32,000 bases of DNA from Staphylothermus hellenicus DSM 12710 (lineage in GTDB: Archaea > Thermoproteota > Thermoprotei_A > Sulfolobales > Desulfurococcaceae): the NCBI RefSeq assembly GCF_000092465.1, contig NC_014205.1, positions 270,001 through 302,000 on the forward strand, written 5' to 3'. The position numbers and the translations under genes are program-made. The notes beneath the pieces were generated by a model that searched no databases, had not been told where the DNA came from, and was given only the letters and a program-made list of their open reading frames with translations. Below are positions 1 to 8,551 of the stretch, in pieces. Each line of letters starts with the position of its first letter. Within the stretch, counting starts at the first letter, position 1.

Positions 1-1
1 A

Positions 2-325
2 GTGATATATGTCGATCCAAGGAATACTTCAAGACAATGCCCAATACACAGGGCACCAATATTATACGATAACGGGTCTAGGATTGGAAAATGCAGTATC
101 GGTGGAGAATTCTGGCACAGAGACGTAGTCGCATGCTATAATATTCTCTCCCGCACCCTAGGGGTTGATGGGAGCTATGCTCCAAAACCCCTAGGGATCA
201 CCGTAGATGGGAGGCCCGTGCCGTTGGCCTCGACAGCCGCCCATGACCCTATAGTCCTTGATAGAGGACTATGGGAGAGGTGGAAGTCCCCACCGAAGAT
301 ACATAAATATAGAATGACACGGTAG
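2..325 (+). CDS. tnpB: IS200/IS605-family TnpB (OrfB) nuclease, C-terminal fragment; the 5' part lies outside the window
   Basis: The frame is open from the window edge. YVDPRNTSRQCPIH...GKC...H (YTS block followed by a C/H zinc-finger cluster) is followed by HRDVVACYNIL (RuvC-III Asp motif), the canonical TnpB C-terminal order. Confidence 0.75.
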   Translation: MIYVDPRNTSRQCPIHRAPILYDNGSRIGKCSIGGEFWHRDVVACYNILSRTLGVDGSYAPKPLGITVDGRPVPLASTAAHDPIVLDRGLWERWKSPPKIHKYRMTR

Positions 326-326
326 G
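150..326 (+). ncRNA. candidate TnpB omega-RNA (reRNA) scaffold overlapping the 3' end of tnpB
   Basis: The segment is locally GC-enriched in an AT-rich genome. Stems: GAGGCC(211-216)/GGCCTC(226-231) and TAGTCC(252-257)/GGACTA(266-271), with an alternative GGACT(266-270)/AGTCC(285-289). CCCTAGGG at 189-196 is a palindrome. Omega-RNAs are known to overlap the tnpB 3' end and stop at the transposon right end. The boundaries here are guesses. Confidence 0.35.
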
Positions 327-468
327 GACAAACGGTTAGCTAAATCTATGGATTCATTGTTTGTAACGTGTGATAAGAAACTATATGATAGTCTTGTAGG
401 AGAAAATGATATTAGAATAACGTTGCTGGATGATCTGATAATATAATTTGTATTCTGTAACAAATTAT

Positions 469-1332
469 TTATTGTTTCTTCACTATTGATTCAACTGTTC
501 TTTTCACCATTTTCAGCCATTCATCAGATCCGTTTCTACATGTTATGGTTAGGTTGTTTTTGTTGCTGAGTTCCTGGATAATATCTTTTCTACAGTTTAG
601 GAGTATTGAGTAATCTGTTGTTTTAAGCATTGGTATGTCATTGTATCCGTCTCCAACACCTATTGTTACTATGTTTTTATTGAATATTTCTTTTATGATC
701 TCAATTGTTCGCTGAGTTGCTAAGCCTTTATCATGGTTTCCTGTTATAAGGTATATGGTTCCAGAACCTGTTGAAACATTTAGGCCTCTAGCCTTGATCT
801 CTTCCACTATTTTATTGATTATTTCCCCCCTGACTAGTGGGTGGAATAAGTATGAGTATTCACGTTTGAGAGCCAATATTGATTGTTCAATGGGTAGACG
901 GGTTAATTCAGAGAATTTCTGAGGCGTAAAATCTTTGAGCCACAATATTTTTTCCCTTGTCTCCTCAATTATATCAATTATTTTCTGCTCAATAATACTT
1001 GTTTTCAACCCATTTACTATAACAATGTATTCATCAATTATGGAGTGCTCATATTTCTTCAGCATATCATGAACTAGCGAATTCTTATCAACAAGTTTTT
1101 TGGGGATAAAAGTTGCTGCCCCATTCTCCACTGTAAATATTGTTTTGCCGTGTAGACCCCATTTTTCAATATAGTATTCAATCTCATATCTTGTCTTCGA
1201 AGAATTTAGGATGAGTAAAATATTGTTTTCCAAAACATACTTTATGGCATCAATACTTTTCCTATAATCATATGTTTTATTAAGTAAGCAACCATCCATA
1301 TCCGATATAACTACTATTTTCTCTCCGCCCAT
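469..1332 (-). CDS. mpgP: mannosyl-3-phosphoglycerate phosphatase (HAD-IIB family)
   Basis: HAD motifs are present: SDMDGCLL at the N-terminus, NSSKTRYEIEYY (matches the NSSKTRAEQEYY block remembered from Pyrococcus MpgP) and GDGYNDIPML. It lies divergent from and adjacent to mpgS. Confidence 0.85.
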   Translation of the reverse strand: MGGEKIVVISDMDGCLLNKTYDYRKSIDAIKYVLENNILLILNSSKTRYEIEYYIEKWGLHGKTIFTVENGAATFIPKKLVDKNSLVHDMLKKYEHSIIDEYIVIVNGLKTSIIEQKIIDIIEETREKILWLKDFTPQKFSELTRLPIEQSILALKREYSYLFHPLVRGEIINKIVEEIKARGLNVSTGSGTIYLITGNHDKGLATQRTIEIIKEIFNKNIVTIGVGDGYNDIPMLKTTDYSILLNCRKDIIQELSNKNNLTITCRNGSDEWLKMVKRTVESIVKKQ

Positions 1333-1428
1333 AGCTTATCACATGTTTAGACATATTGTTCTATGCCAAAATATGAATACTGTTAAAACATTGTTGGTAA
1401 ATAGATATTATTGTTTGGAGGGATTGTT

Positions 1429-2619
1429 ATGAGAGTTGAGATGCCAAGATATATGGAGAGATTTGGAGCTATTAGGTTCTATAATGTTCAGAGAGTATTG
1501 GAGCTTAGCGGCGGTAAAACAAGTGATTTCAGCGGGGAAGTTCCGGGAACGATTAATGTGGGCAGTGGTGATATTGAGGAAATAGAAGCTAATATGACTA
1601 TTATTGTTCCAGTGAAGAATGAGAACCCGAAAGTCCTCGAGGGTGTGTTGAGTGGAATACCACATGATGCATTCATAGTTGTTGTGTCTAATAGTAAACG
1701 TGAACCAATAGATAGGTATAGGATCGAGCTCGATACATTGTTTCAATTCTACAGGTTAACACGTAGACCATTAATGGTTGTTCACCAGAAAGACCCCGTG
1801 CTCGGGCAAGCCCTCAAAGAAGCTGGTTATCCATATATAGTTGGAGATAATGGATACGTGAAGGATGGTAAGGGCGAAGGAATGATTATAGGATTATTAC
1901 TGGCTAAGTATCTGGGTAGACGATATGTTGGATTCATCGATTCCGACAACTATATCCCAGGAGCTGTTAACGAATACGTCCACATATACGCCGCCGGATT
2001 CTACATGGCTAAATCACCATACGCGATGGTTAGGATCAAGTGGCCATATAAAACAAAATTTGTTGGTAAAAGATTCTATTTCCGTAGGAGGGGGAGGGTT
2101 TCAGAAATAACTAATAGATATATGAACATGTTGATTGCATCGATCACAAAGTTTGAAACAGATGTTATAAAAACAAGTAATGCTGGAGAACACGCTATGA
2201 CGCTTGAACTAGCTGATAGAATAGGTTATTCAAGCGGGTTCAGCATTGAACCATACCAGATTGTTTATATGCTTGAAGAATATACTGGTTTAAAATCATC
2301 TAGATTCCCGGAGATCATGAAGGATACTATTGAAGTATTCCAAATAGAGCCTCGTAATCCCCATATTCACGAGGAGAGAGAGGAAACACATATACCTGAA
2401 ATGATTAAGCAGAGTCTAGCAACAATATATCATAGTAGATTAGCCGATGAATTCCTAAAGAATAGGATACGCGAAGAATTACTGGCTAGGAGAGCTATAA
2501 GCCGGGACGAAGAAATCCCTGAGCCTACAAAGTATCCGCCGCTAATAGAGGCTGATGCACGGAAGATATTTAAGATGCTAGAGGAGAGTAGCGACACTCT
2601 TATTATAAAGGAGTTTTAA
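1429..2619 (+). CDS. mpgS: mannosyl-3-phosphoglycerate synthase
   Basis: Near-colinear match to remembered Pyrococcus horikoshii MPGS blocks: VPVKNE, VVSNSKRE, VHQKDP, GKGEGM, GFIDSDNYIPGAVNEYV, GRVSEITN, NAGEHAM, SIEPYQIVY, FQIEPRNPHIHE, SLATIYHS. The track ORF starts at TTG 1411, but ATG 1429 is preceded by GGAGGG (1417-1422), so it is the preferred start. Confidence 0.93.
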   Translation: MRVEMPRYMERFGAIRFYNVQRVLELSGGKTSDFSGEVPGTINVGSGDIEEIEANMTIIVPVKNENPKVLEGVLSGIPHDAFIVVVSNSKREPIDRYRIELDTLFQFYRLTRRPLMVVHQKDPVLGQALKEAGYPYIVGDNGYVKDGKGEGMIIGLLLAKYLGRRYVGFIDSDNYIPGAVNEYVHIYAAGFYMAKSPYAMVRIKWPYKTKFVGKRFYFRRRGRVSEITNRYMNMLIASITKFETDVIKTSNAGEHAMTLELADRIGYSSGFSIEPYQIVYMLEEYTGLKSSRFPEIMKDTIEVFQIEPRNPHIHEEREETHIPEMIKQSLATIYHSRLADEFLKNRIREELLARRAISRDEEIPEPTKYPPLIEADARKIFKMLEESSDTLIIKEF

Positions 2620-2625
2620 CACGGG

Positions 2626-2630
2626 TTTTT
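2626..2630 (+). terminator. oligo-T tract downstream of mpgS (possible archaeal terminator)
   Basis: A T5 run lies 7 nt after the mpgS stop codon. Archaeal RNAP terminates at oligo-T tracts. Confidence 0.3.
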
Positions 2631-2792
2631 CTATTCTCAACATCATGTTAAATACATGTTTATCTCATATTTATATGTATATACCCACATGTCTCCCACT
2701 ATACCATATATGAAACATAAATATAGAGGCAACCAATATATACCTGAATAGACATTATCATATTTTGAAAACATAATGTATTGGTGTCCTAG

Positions 2793-4073
2793 ATGGCAGA
2801 AATACCTGCTTCACTATATGAGAAAGACCCAACTTATCAAATGGCAGTTAAACAATTAAGAGAAGCAGCTCAACTACTAGGCTTACCAGATGAGATCGTA
2901 GAAGTACTGAGACATCCTGAGAGATTAATACAAGTTAAAATACCAATTAGAAGAGATAATGGCAAAATTGAAGTCTATCTTGGATGGAGATCCCAGCACA
3001 ATAGTGCTCTAGGCCCCTATAAGGGCGGAGTACGCTACCGTGAAGATGTAACACCAGGCGAAGTAGTAGCATTATCTATGTGGATGACTTGGAAGAACAG
3101 TTTAGCGGGAATACCATATGGTGGAGGAAAGGGAGGCATAAGAGTTAACCCCAAGCTACTAAGTCAGCGAGAACTAGAAGAGCTTAGCAGAAAATTCTTC
3201 GCTGCACTAGCTAGAAATGTTGGTCCAGACGTAGATATACCTGCTCCAGACGTATATACTAATCCACAAACAATGGCTTGGTACTTTGACGAATACAGTA
3301 AGATCGTCGGATACAATGCATGGGGAGTTGTAACAGCTAAACCAGTAGAGCTGGGAGGACTGCATGCGCGTACAGTATCCACAGGTTATGGAACAGCTTT
3401 AACAGCACGTGAAGCAGCTAAGAGATGGATTGGAGGGATTGAAGGTAAAACTGTGGCTATCCAGGGATTCGGAAACGTTGGACAATATGCTGCTAAGTAT
3501 CTCAAAGAGTGGGGCGCAATAGTTGTAGCTGTCAGCGACCGTAGCGGTGGAATATATGATCCTAATGGAATAGATGTTGAGGAGGCAATGAAAGTTAAGG
3601 CAGAAACAAGAAAGGTAACAAATTATAAGAAAGGAAACGTAAAAATCATCAGTAACGAGGAACTATTAGAGCTGGACGTAGATATACTTATACCAGCAGC
3701 AACTGAGAACGTTATAACCAAGGCAAACGCTGACCGTATCAAAGCCAAGGTTATAAGTGAGGGAGCAAATGGGCCAACAACTCCTGAAGCCGAGGAGATA
3801 CTTCGTAAGAAGGGCGTAGTAATTGTACCGGATATCCTAGCGAATGCTGGCGGCGTAACAATGAGCTGGATCGAGTGGAGCCATAACCGTATGGGATGCT
3901 GGTTAACAGATGAGGAGGCACTATCTAGACTAGATAGAATAATGACTCATAACTTCAACCGTGTATTCGATGAGTGGCAGAAGAAATTCAGCGATCACCC
4001 AATGAGAACAGCTGCATATGCCATCGCCGTAGATCGCGTAGTTCGTGCAATGAAGCTGAGAGGATGGATCTAA
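2793..4073 (+). CDS. gdhA: glutamate dehydrogenase
   Basis: GDH signature GIPYGGGKGGIRV, Rossmann motif GFGNVG, GANGPTT, and the typical length (426 aa). Confidence 0.95.
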   Translation: MAEIPASLYEKDPTYQMAVKQLREAAQLLGLPDEIVEVLRHPERLIQVKIPIRRDNGKIEVYLGWRSQHNSALGPYKGGVRYREDVTPGEVVALSMWMTWKNSLAGIPYGGGKGGIRVNPKLLSQRELEELSRKFFAALARNVGPDVDIPAPDVYTNPQTMAWYFDEYSKIVGYNAWGVVTAKPVELGGLHARTVSTGYGTALTAREAAKRWIGGIEGKTVAIQGFGNVGQYAAKYLKEWGAIVVAVSDRSGGIYDPNGIDVEEAMKVKAETRKVTNYKKGNVKIISNEELLELDVDILIPAATENVITKANADRIKAKVISEGANGPTTPEAEEILRKKGVVIVPDILANAGGVTMSWIEWSHNRMGCWLTDEEALSRLDRIMTHNFNRVFDEWQKKFSDHPMRTAAYAIAVDRVVRAMKLRGWI

Positions 4074-4076
4074 GCC

Positions 4077-4337
4077 TTATAAACCCATATTTTTTCTCCG
4101 CTTATAAACAATTTTACCATCACGTGTCCTAATCTCCTCTACTCTATGAAAAGGAATCATATCTTCCCCAACAATAATGTATCCTCTCCTAATATCATCG
4201 ATGAATTTTCCAGGAATAGGTCTAAGTTCTTCTTCGCCATCAATTCTGTAACGTATATAAATAACATAATCGTCTTTTCTACCGCTGAAAAACAACCGTC
4301 TAAGCCAATACTCTATTTCCCCCATCCTCTTAGGCAT
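4077..4337 (-). CDS. UPF0248/DUF504 family small protein
   Basis: 86 aa. The C-terminal block IPFHRVEEIRTRDGKIVYKRR matches the remembered DUF504 pattern IPxHRI..i...G.viW.R. Confidence 0.7.
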   Translation of the reverse strand: MPKRMGEIEYWLRRLFFSGRKDDYVIYIRYRIDGEEELRPIPGKFIDDIRRGYIIVGEDMIPFHRVEEIRTRDGKIVYKRRKNMGL

Positions 4338-4368
4338 TTAGAACCCTTCATTCAAAATGATAACAATG

Positions 4369-4695
4369 CTATGAAGTCTCGGTTTTTGGCTCAATTATTA
4401 TGGGGGCTAAGTTTTCAAGAGCATAGCCTATTTTTCTACGAGCAGAAACTAGTAGTCTCCATAAAGTACCCCTTGAAATACCCATTTTAACGGCTGCTTC
4501 TTCCTGGGTTAGACCATGGCTATAAACAAGTCTATATGCTTCAAATTCGTCAGGCTCTAAAATTATTGGTGGGGATTTCCGGGCTGGTAAACCATTAATT
4601 AATGGTACCCATGTTATTTTCCCGCTAATATCGTATCTGACTATTCTAGGCTTCCTCGGCCTTCCTACTCTCCATCCCATTTTTCTGCCGGGCAT
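4369..4695 (-). CDS. UPF0251/DUF134 family HTH protein
   Basis: GRPRKPR near the N-terminus, then LEPDEFEAYRLVYSHGLTQEEAAVKMGISRGTLWRLLVSARRKIGYAL, a sigma-70 region-4-like HTH typical of DUF134. Confidence 0.72.
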   Translation of the reverse strand: MPGRKMGWRVGRPRKPRIVRYDISGKITWVPLINGLPARKSPPIILEPDEFEAYRLVYSHGLTQEEAAVKMGISRGTLWRLLVSARRKIGYALENLAPIIIEPKTETS

Positions 4696-4735
4696 TATTC
4701 TATCTCCCCATGATAAATTAATATGTAATGATGAC

Positions 4736-5833
4736 TTAATGTCTTCTCCTCACAAATAATTCTAGTAACCAGTCTAGAACTTTTTTCGCGGATTCATTAA
4801 TTATTATAGATGATTTCAAAGCATTCCTTGCTCTTTCAACATATTCGTTCATCTTTTTAACACTATAATCTAAACTACCTGTTTCTCTCACTATACTCTG
4901 AACTCTCCTAACATCTTCATCTGTTATTTCTTCGGGTTTCTTCTTATCATATAGTTCTTCTAGAAACTTTTTATCACCGGTATCTGCGAGCTGATAGGCT
5001 TTAACTATTAGTAATGTTTTCTTCTTCTCTCTAACATCGCTCCCAACAGGTTTACCTGTAACTTTTGGATCACCATATAATCCCAGTATATCGTCTTGTA
5101 GCTGGAAAGCTATACCTGCTGGTAAAGCATATTGTGAAAGCTCCGTTAACAATTCTTTATCATACATTAGAGAAGCTATTGCTCCAAGATGTAAAGGCAA
5201 CTCTACAGTATAAGATGCTGTTTTCAACAAATGTATATTATAGACATCGTCTTCGGACACTTTCTGTAGCGGTGTATTAGCTATTAGGACATCTAGGAAT
5301 TGACCATAAGCTACTAATCGTATACCTCTAGTATATGTTTTGATTAATTCCTTCAATGCATAATCCGGCAAATTAAGCCTAGTAAACATTGAGACAGCCA
5401 ACGATTCTAGATAATCCCCAACAATTATTGCTTGTGAAACACCATAGTGTTTGCATCGACCAATAAGTCCCCCCTCTCTACATTTCTTATCAAACCATAC
5501 ATGAACAGTTGGACCACCCCTCCTAATCTCGTCTTCATCCATTATATCATCATGAACGAGTAGGTAGCTCTGCAAAAACTCTATTCCAGCCATCAAGTAC
5601 TTTACTGAATCAATACTGCCATAACCCCATTTCCTGCTCCAATAACCTATTAATACAAGAAATGCTCGCAGCCTCTTACCTCCTCTCAAAGTATAATCCC
5701 TAGAAATAAAGGGGATATCAACGACTTTACTAGAAACACCTCTGGCCTCAGCATCTACTGTGTCGAAGACTTCTCGAAGAGCCTCATTCGTGATCCTTCT
5801 AGCAAACTCTAAAAGTTCCATATAATTATCCAT
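4736..5833 (-). CDS. polyprenyl diphosphate synthase, probably geranylgeranyl diphosphate synthase
   Basis: First Asp-rich motif LLVHDDIMDEDEIRRG and second FQLQDDILG. An aromatic residue (Tyr) lies five residues before the first motif, as in short-chain archaeal GGPPS. The track start is GTG 5842. ATG 5833 is preceded by GGTGGTGAT (SD-like), so it is preferred. Confidence 0.82.
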   Translation of the reverse strand: MDNYMELLEFARRITNEALREVFDTVDAEARGVSSKVVDIPFISRDYTLRGGKRLRAFLVLIGYWSRKWGYGSIDSVKYLMAGIEFLQSYLLVHDDIMDEDEIRRGGPTVHVWFDKKCREGGLIGRCKHYGVSQAIIVGDYLESLAVSMFTRLNLPDYALKELIKTYTRGIRLVAYGQFLDVLIANTPLQKVSEDDVYNIHLLKTASYTVELPLHLGAIASLMYDKELLTELSQYALPAGIAFQLQDDILGLYGDPKVTGKPVGSDVREKKKTLLIVKAYQLADTGDKKFLEELYDKKKPEEITDEDVRRVQSIVRETGSLDYSVKKMNEYVERARNALKSSIIINESAKKVLDWLLELFVRRRH

Positions 5834-5886
5834 TATCACCACCAGTAATACGTATACATGGGCTAGATATAAATAACTAGGCTGGT

Positions 5887-6615
5887 CTAGGATCTCTCCT
5901 TAACAATGCTTTCTAGTTCCCTGAAAACACCGAGTTTTCTCTTCTCACCTAATAGTTCCCAAATAATACCTTTAGGCTTGGGCGGTCTTGGCTTAACAAT
6001 ATATATCCTAGTAGGGGTTGCCATTATATCTACTGTTAAGTCGTGTGGTTCTAAGGGAACATGATCAACTATTTGTATATCATGAATAGTTGTAACAACA
6101 TATACTTGTTCATCAATCGATCCTATTTCGCGTAGTATAGCATACTCTAGCTCTGCATAACCACCTCCCTTGCCAAGCCTTCCTCCCCGCCTATCTACTG
6201 CGACACAACCCGTTATGATAAGGTCTATCATTGGTATTTCACGGAGAGAAATCTTTTTTCCATAAATAAATGCTCCCCTAATAGTTGATGCATAACCATA
6301 TTTTGTAGAGGGGATTTTTGATGGGTCAAGTAATAGGAATCCTTCTCTCAGCCTAGGAGTAGCCATTACTAGTTTCTTACCATCTATTAAAGCATAGTAT
6401 CTAAGAGGTTTTTGTGGACTATCAGGATTAGCCTTTACAACTCCTGCTTTCCCCCATATATCTAGAGACCTTATCTTCGCAGCAGCTTGTTCTGCTCCAA
6501 CAAAATTAGGTATCCTACCATATACTGGTCTAGGAAATCTAGCTATGTTTTTCTTCTCCATAAGACTCCATATATGTTCTCTTATCTTCTTTTTTAGTTC
6601 TTTTATAGTATTCAT
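5887..6615 (-). CDS. 5-formyltetrahydrofolate cyclo-ligase family protein
   Basis: The size, the GRIPNFVGAEQAA block and the Gly-rich GGRLGKGGGYAELEYA block resemble the G.G.YDR region of the MTHFS family. Confidence 0.65.
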   Translation of the reverse strand: MNTIKELKKKIREHIWSLMEKKNIARFPRPVYGRIPNFVGAEQAAAKIRSLDIWGKAGVVKANPDSPQKPLRYYALIDGKKLVMATPRLREGFLLLDPSKIPSTKYGYASTIRGAFIYGKKISLREIPMIDLIITGCVAVDRRGGRLGKGGGYAELEYAILREIGSIDEQVYVVTTIHDIQIVDHVPLEPHDLTVDIMATPTRIYIVKPRPPKPKGIIWELLGEKRKLGVFRELESIVKERS

Positions 6616-6781
6616 TGCTGAGCAACCTATGCATTAATATTATACTAAGAATTGTTTTATAGATCAAAACTATTATTTCTTAGCGGAGAAATAAGTTGTT
6701 AATGTAGTGTTGAAACAAATAGTGTTGATCAATAAAGTATTCAATAAGCTATACTTACATGTTTAGTTGAGGCGATAAAAC

Positions 6782-7435
6782 ATGAGACCCGTGCTCCAGA
6801 TTGCTCTGGATGTAGACGACTTGTTTAAAGCATTAAGCATGTCTACACGTATAGTTGCTGAGCTTGGATGCGGAAACATATGGATAGAGGCGGGAACCCC
6901 GCTTATAAAGGCTTGGGGTAGAATAGGTATTGATGTTTTAAAGAAATCTACTAATTGCTTCGTTGTAGCTGATACTAAAACTATGGATACTGGGGCGTTT
7001 GAGGGTGAAATAGTTTTGAGTGCTGGTGCTGATGCATATACTGTGCTTGGTTTAGCTGATGGCTCAACAATTCGTGAATCCATAGATAAAGCACATGAAT
7101 ATAATAAGCTTTTAATTGTGGACTTAATAAACCATCCTAACCCATATAATAGAGCTCTAGAACTTGACAAGCTCGGCGTAGACGTGGTATTGTATCATGT
7201 TGGAATAGATGTTCAGCGCAGCAGGGGGTTAACAATAGATCAACTAATAGACGAGATCAAGATGCTGAGGAAAAACATAAATGCTAAAATAGCTGTTGCC
7301 GGCGGAATAAAGCATGGTAAAGCAAAACCATTAGTTGATGCTGGTGCAGACATAGTTGTTGTTGGCAGTGCTATAACAAAGGCAGAAGACCCTGTAGATT
7401 CTGCTAGGAAATTCTTAGAAGAAATACTATCTTGA
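6782..7435 (+). CDS. 3-hexulose-6-phosphate synthase-like protein (OMP decarboxylase/HUMPS superfamily)
   Basis: N-terminal LQIALD, EAGTPLIK, VADTKTMDTG, SAGADAYTV and C-terminal GGI...GADIVVVGSAIT follow the HPS/KGPDC TIM-barrel pattern. Confidence 0.68.
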   Translation: MRPVLQIALDVDDLFKALSMSTRIVAELGCGNIWIEAGTPLIKAWGRIGIDVLKKSTNCFVVADTKTMDTGAFEGEIVLSAGADAYTVLGLADGSTIRESIDKAHEYNKLLIVDLINHPNPYNRALELDKLGVDVVLYHVGIDVQRSRGLTIDQLIDEIKMLRKNINAKIAVAGGIKHGKAKPLVDAGADIVVVGSAITKAEDPVDSARKFLEEILS

Positions 7436-7441
7436 CATATT

Positions 7442-8548
7442 TTAGAAAGAAGGTATTTTCACTATTTTTTGGACAATACCCTCCTCCATTACTTCCTTAT
7501 ATCTTTTCTGGTGCTCAGTAAGCATTTCAACTAGTAGTTTAGCAGCTATTCTCTTATCTTCTCCGCAAAGTATTTTTCCCTCTACACATTCCTTATAAAG
7601 CTTGTATAGTTCTCGGTCATCTTTATATAGGAAATACATGTATAGCTCGTAAACTGTGCACTTCTCAGGTATTCCTCCATATTTTCTTTGCTCCTCAGCT
7701 GTTGCTCTCCCACCTGTAAGCGCCATCATTACTTTTCTCTTAATAATATCCGGTTTGTCTAGAAGAAATATTGCATAGTCTGGTCGAGAACTACTCATCT
7801 TGTTACCGTCGAGTCCTCGAATAAATTTGTGGTAGAATGAAGCTGGTCTGTTGAGTCCTAGTTCTGTATGGAATCTATCAGCAATGTCTCTGGAGAGCCT
7901 GAGATGAGGATCTTGATCGGCCCCTACAGGGACTAAGACATGTTTATATCCTCCATACTCTGGTAATTGTAGGTGGAGTATGTCTGCTGCTTGTGTTAGG
8001 GACGCAATTATTTTGCCGGGGCTTATATCTCCATATATAGCTTCCATTTCAGCCATACTGACTCTTCTTGAAAACATTTGTATTAATCTATAATATTCTG
8101 TTTTCTGCGCTGTTTGGAAATAGAATTCCGTCTTCTCCGGGTTAAGTCCCCACGCTATAGCATGGGCAATGTATTCGATTCCATATTTTATTGTTTCCTT
8201 ACGAGATAATCTACGGACAGCATATGCTTCTGCATCGGCAATAACGATTTTAACATGAGCACCAAGTTCTTGGAGAAACCTAAGCTCCTCGATCACCATT
8301 AAATGGCCTAGATGAGTATGTCCACTAGGCATAAAACCTGTTAGAACAGCTACTTTTTCCCCATTCCTAAGGGCTTGAAGCCATTTATCGAAGTCTCTGT
8401 GTCCGAACACTATTTTTCTATCAAAGAAATAATGTTTCTTTGGCAGCAAAGGTGTTGCTTTATCTATTGGTTCTATGCCGAATTGTTTAAATAGTTTATC
8501 ATATTCTTTAATTGCAAAATGACCCCATGGATCAAGTTTAATCGTCAT
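7442..8548 (-). CDS. trpS: tryptophan--tRNA ligase (archaeal/eukaryotic type)
   Basis: Class I motifs: HIGH-like PSGHTHLGH and KMSKS-like KMSSS. The N-terminal LDPWG...YDKLFKQFGI block is typical of archaeal TrpRS. Confidence 0.85.
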   Translation of the reverse strand: MTIKLDPWGHFAIKEYDKLFKQFGIEPIDKATPLLPKKHYFFDRKIVFGHRDFDKWLQALRNGEKVAVLTGFMPSGHTHLGHLMVIEELRFLQELGAHVKIVIADAEAYAVRRLSRKETIKYGIEYIAHAIAWGLNPEKTEFYFQTAQKTEYYRLIQMFSRRVSMAEMEAIYGDISPGKIIASLTQAADILHLQLPEYGGYKHVLVPVGADQDPHLRLSRDIADRFHTELGLNRPASFYHKFIRGLDGNKMSSSRPDYAIFLLDKPDIIKRKVMMALTGGRATAEEQRKYGGIPEKCTVYELYMYFLYKDDRELYKLYKECVEGKILCGEDKRIAAKLLVEMLTEHQKRYKEVMEEGIVQKIVKIPSF

Positions 8549-8551
8549 TTT

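Noticed and set aside
269-463. 64-aa minus-strand ORF across the tnpB 3' end and flank
   Set aside because: It overlaps the TnpB frame and the putative RNA region. It has no motif or RBS-like signal and is probably spurious.
1408-1746. 112-aa and 62-aa minus-strand ORFs, and the 61-aa plus-strand ORF at 1925-2110, inside mpgS
   Set aside because: They are shadow ORFs inside a confidently identified gene.
6763-7170. 135-aa minus-strand ORF
   Set aside because: It is antisense to the HPS-like gene, whose translation has clear family motifs. The antisense product is Ser/Ala-rich and featureless.
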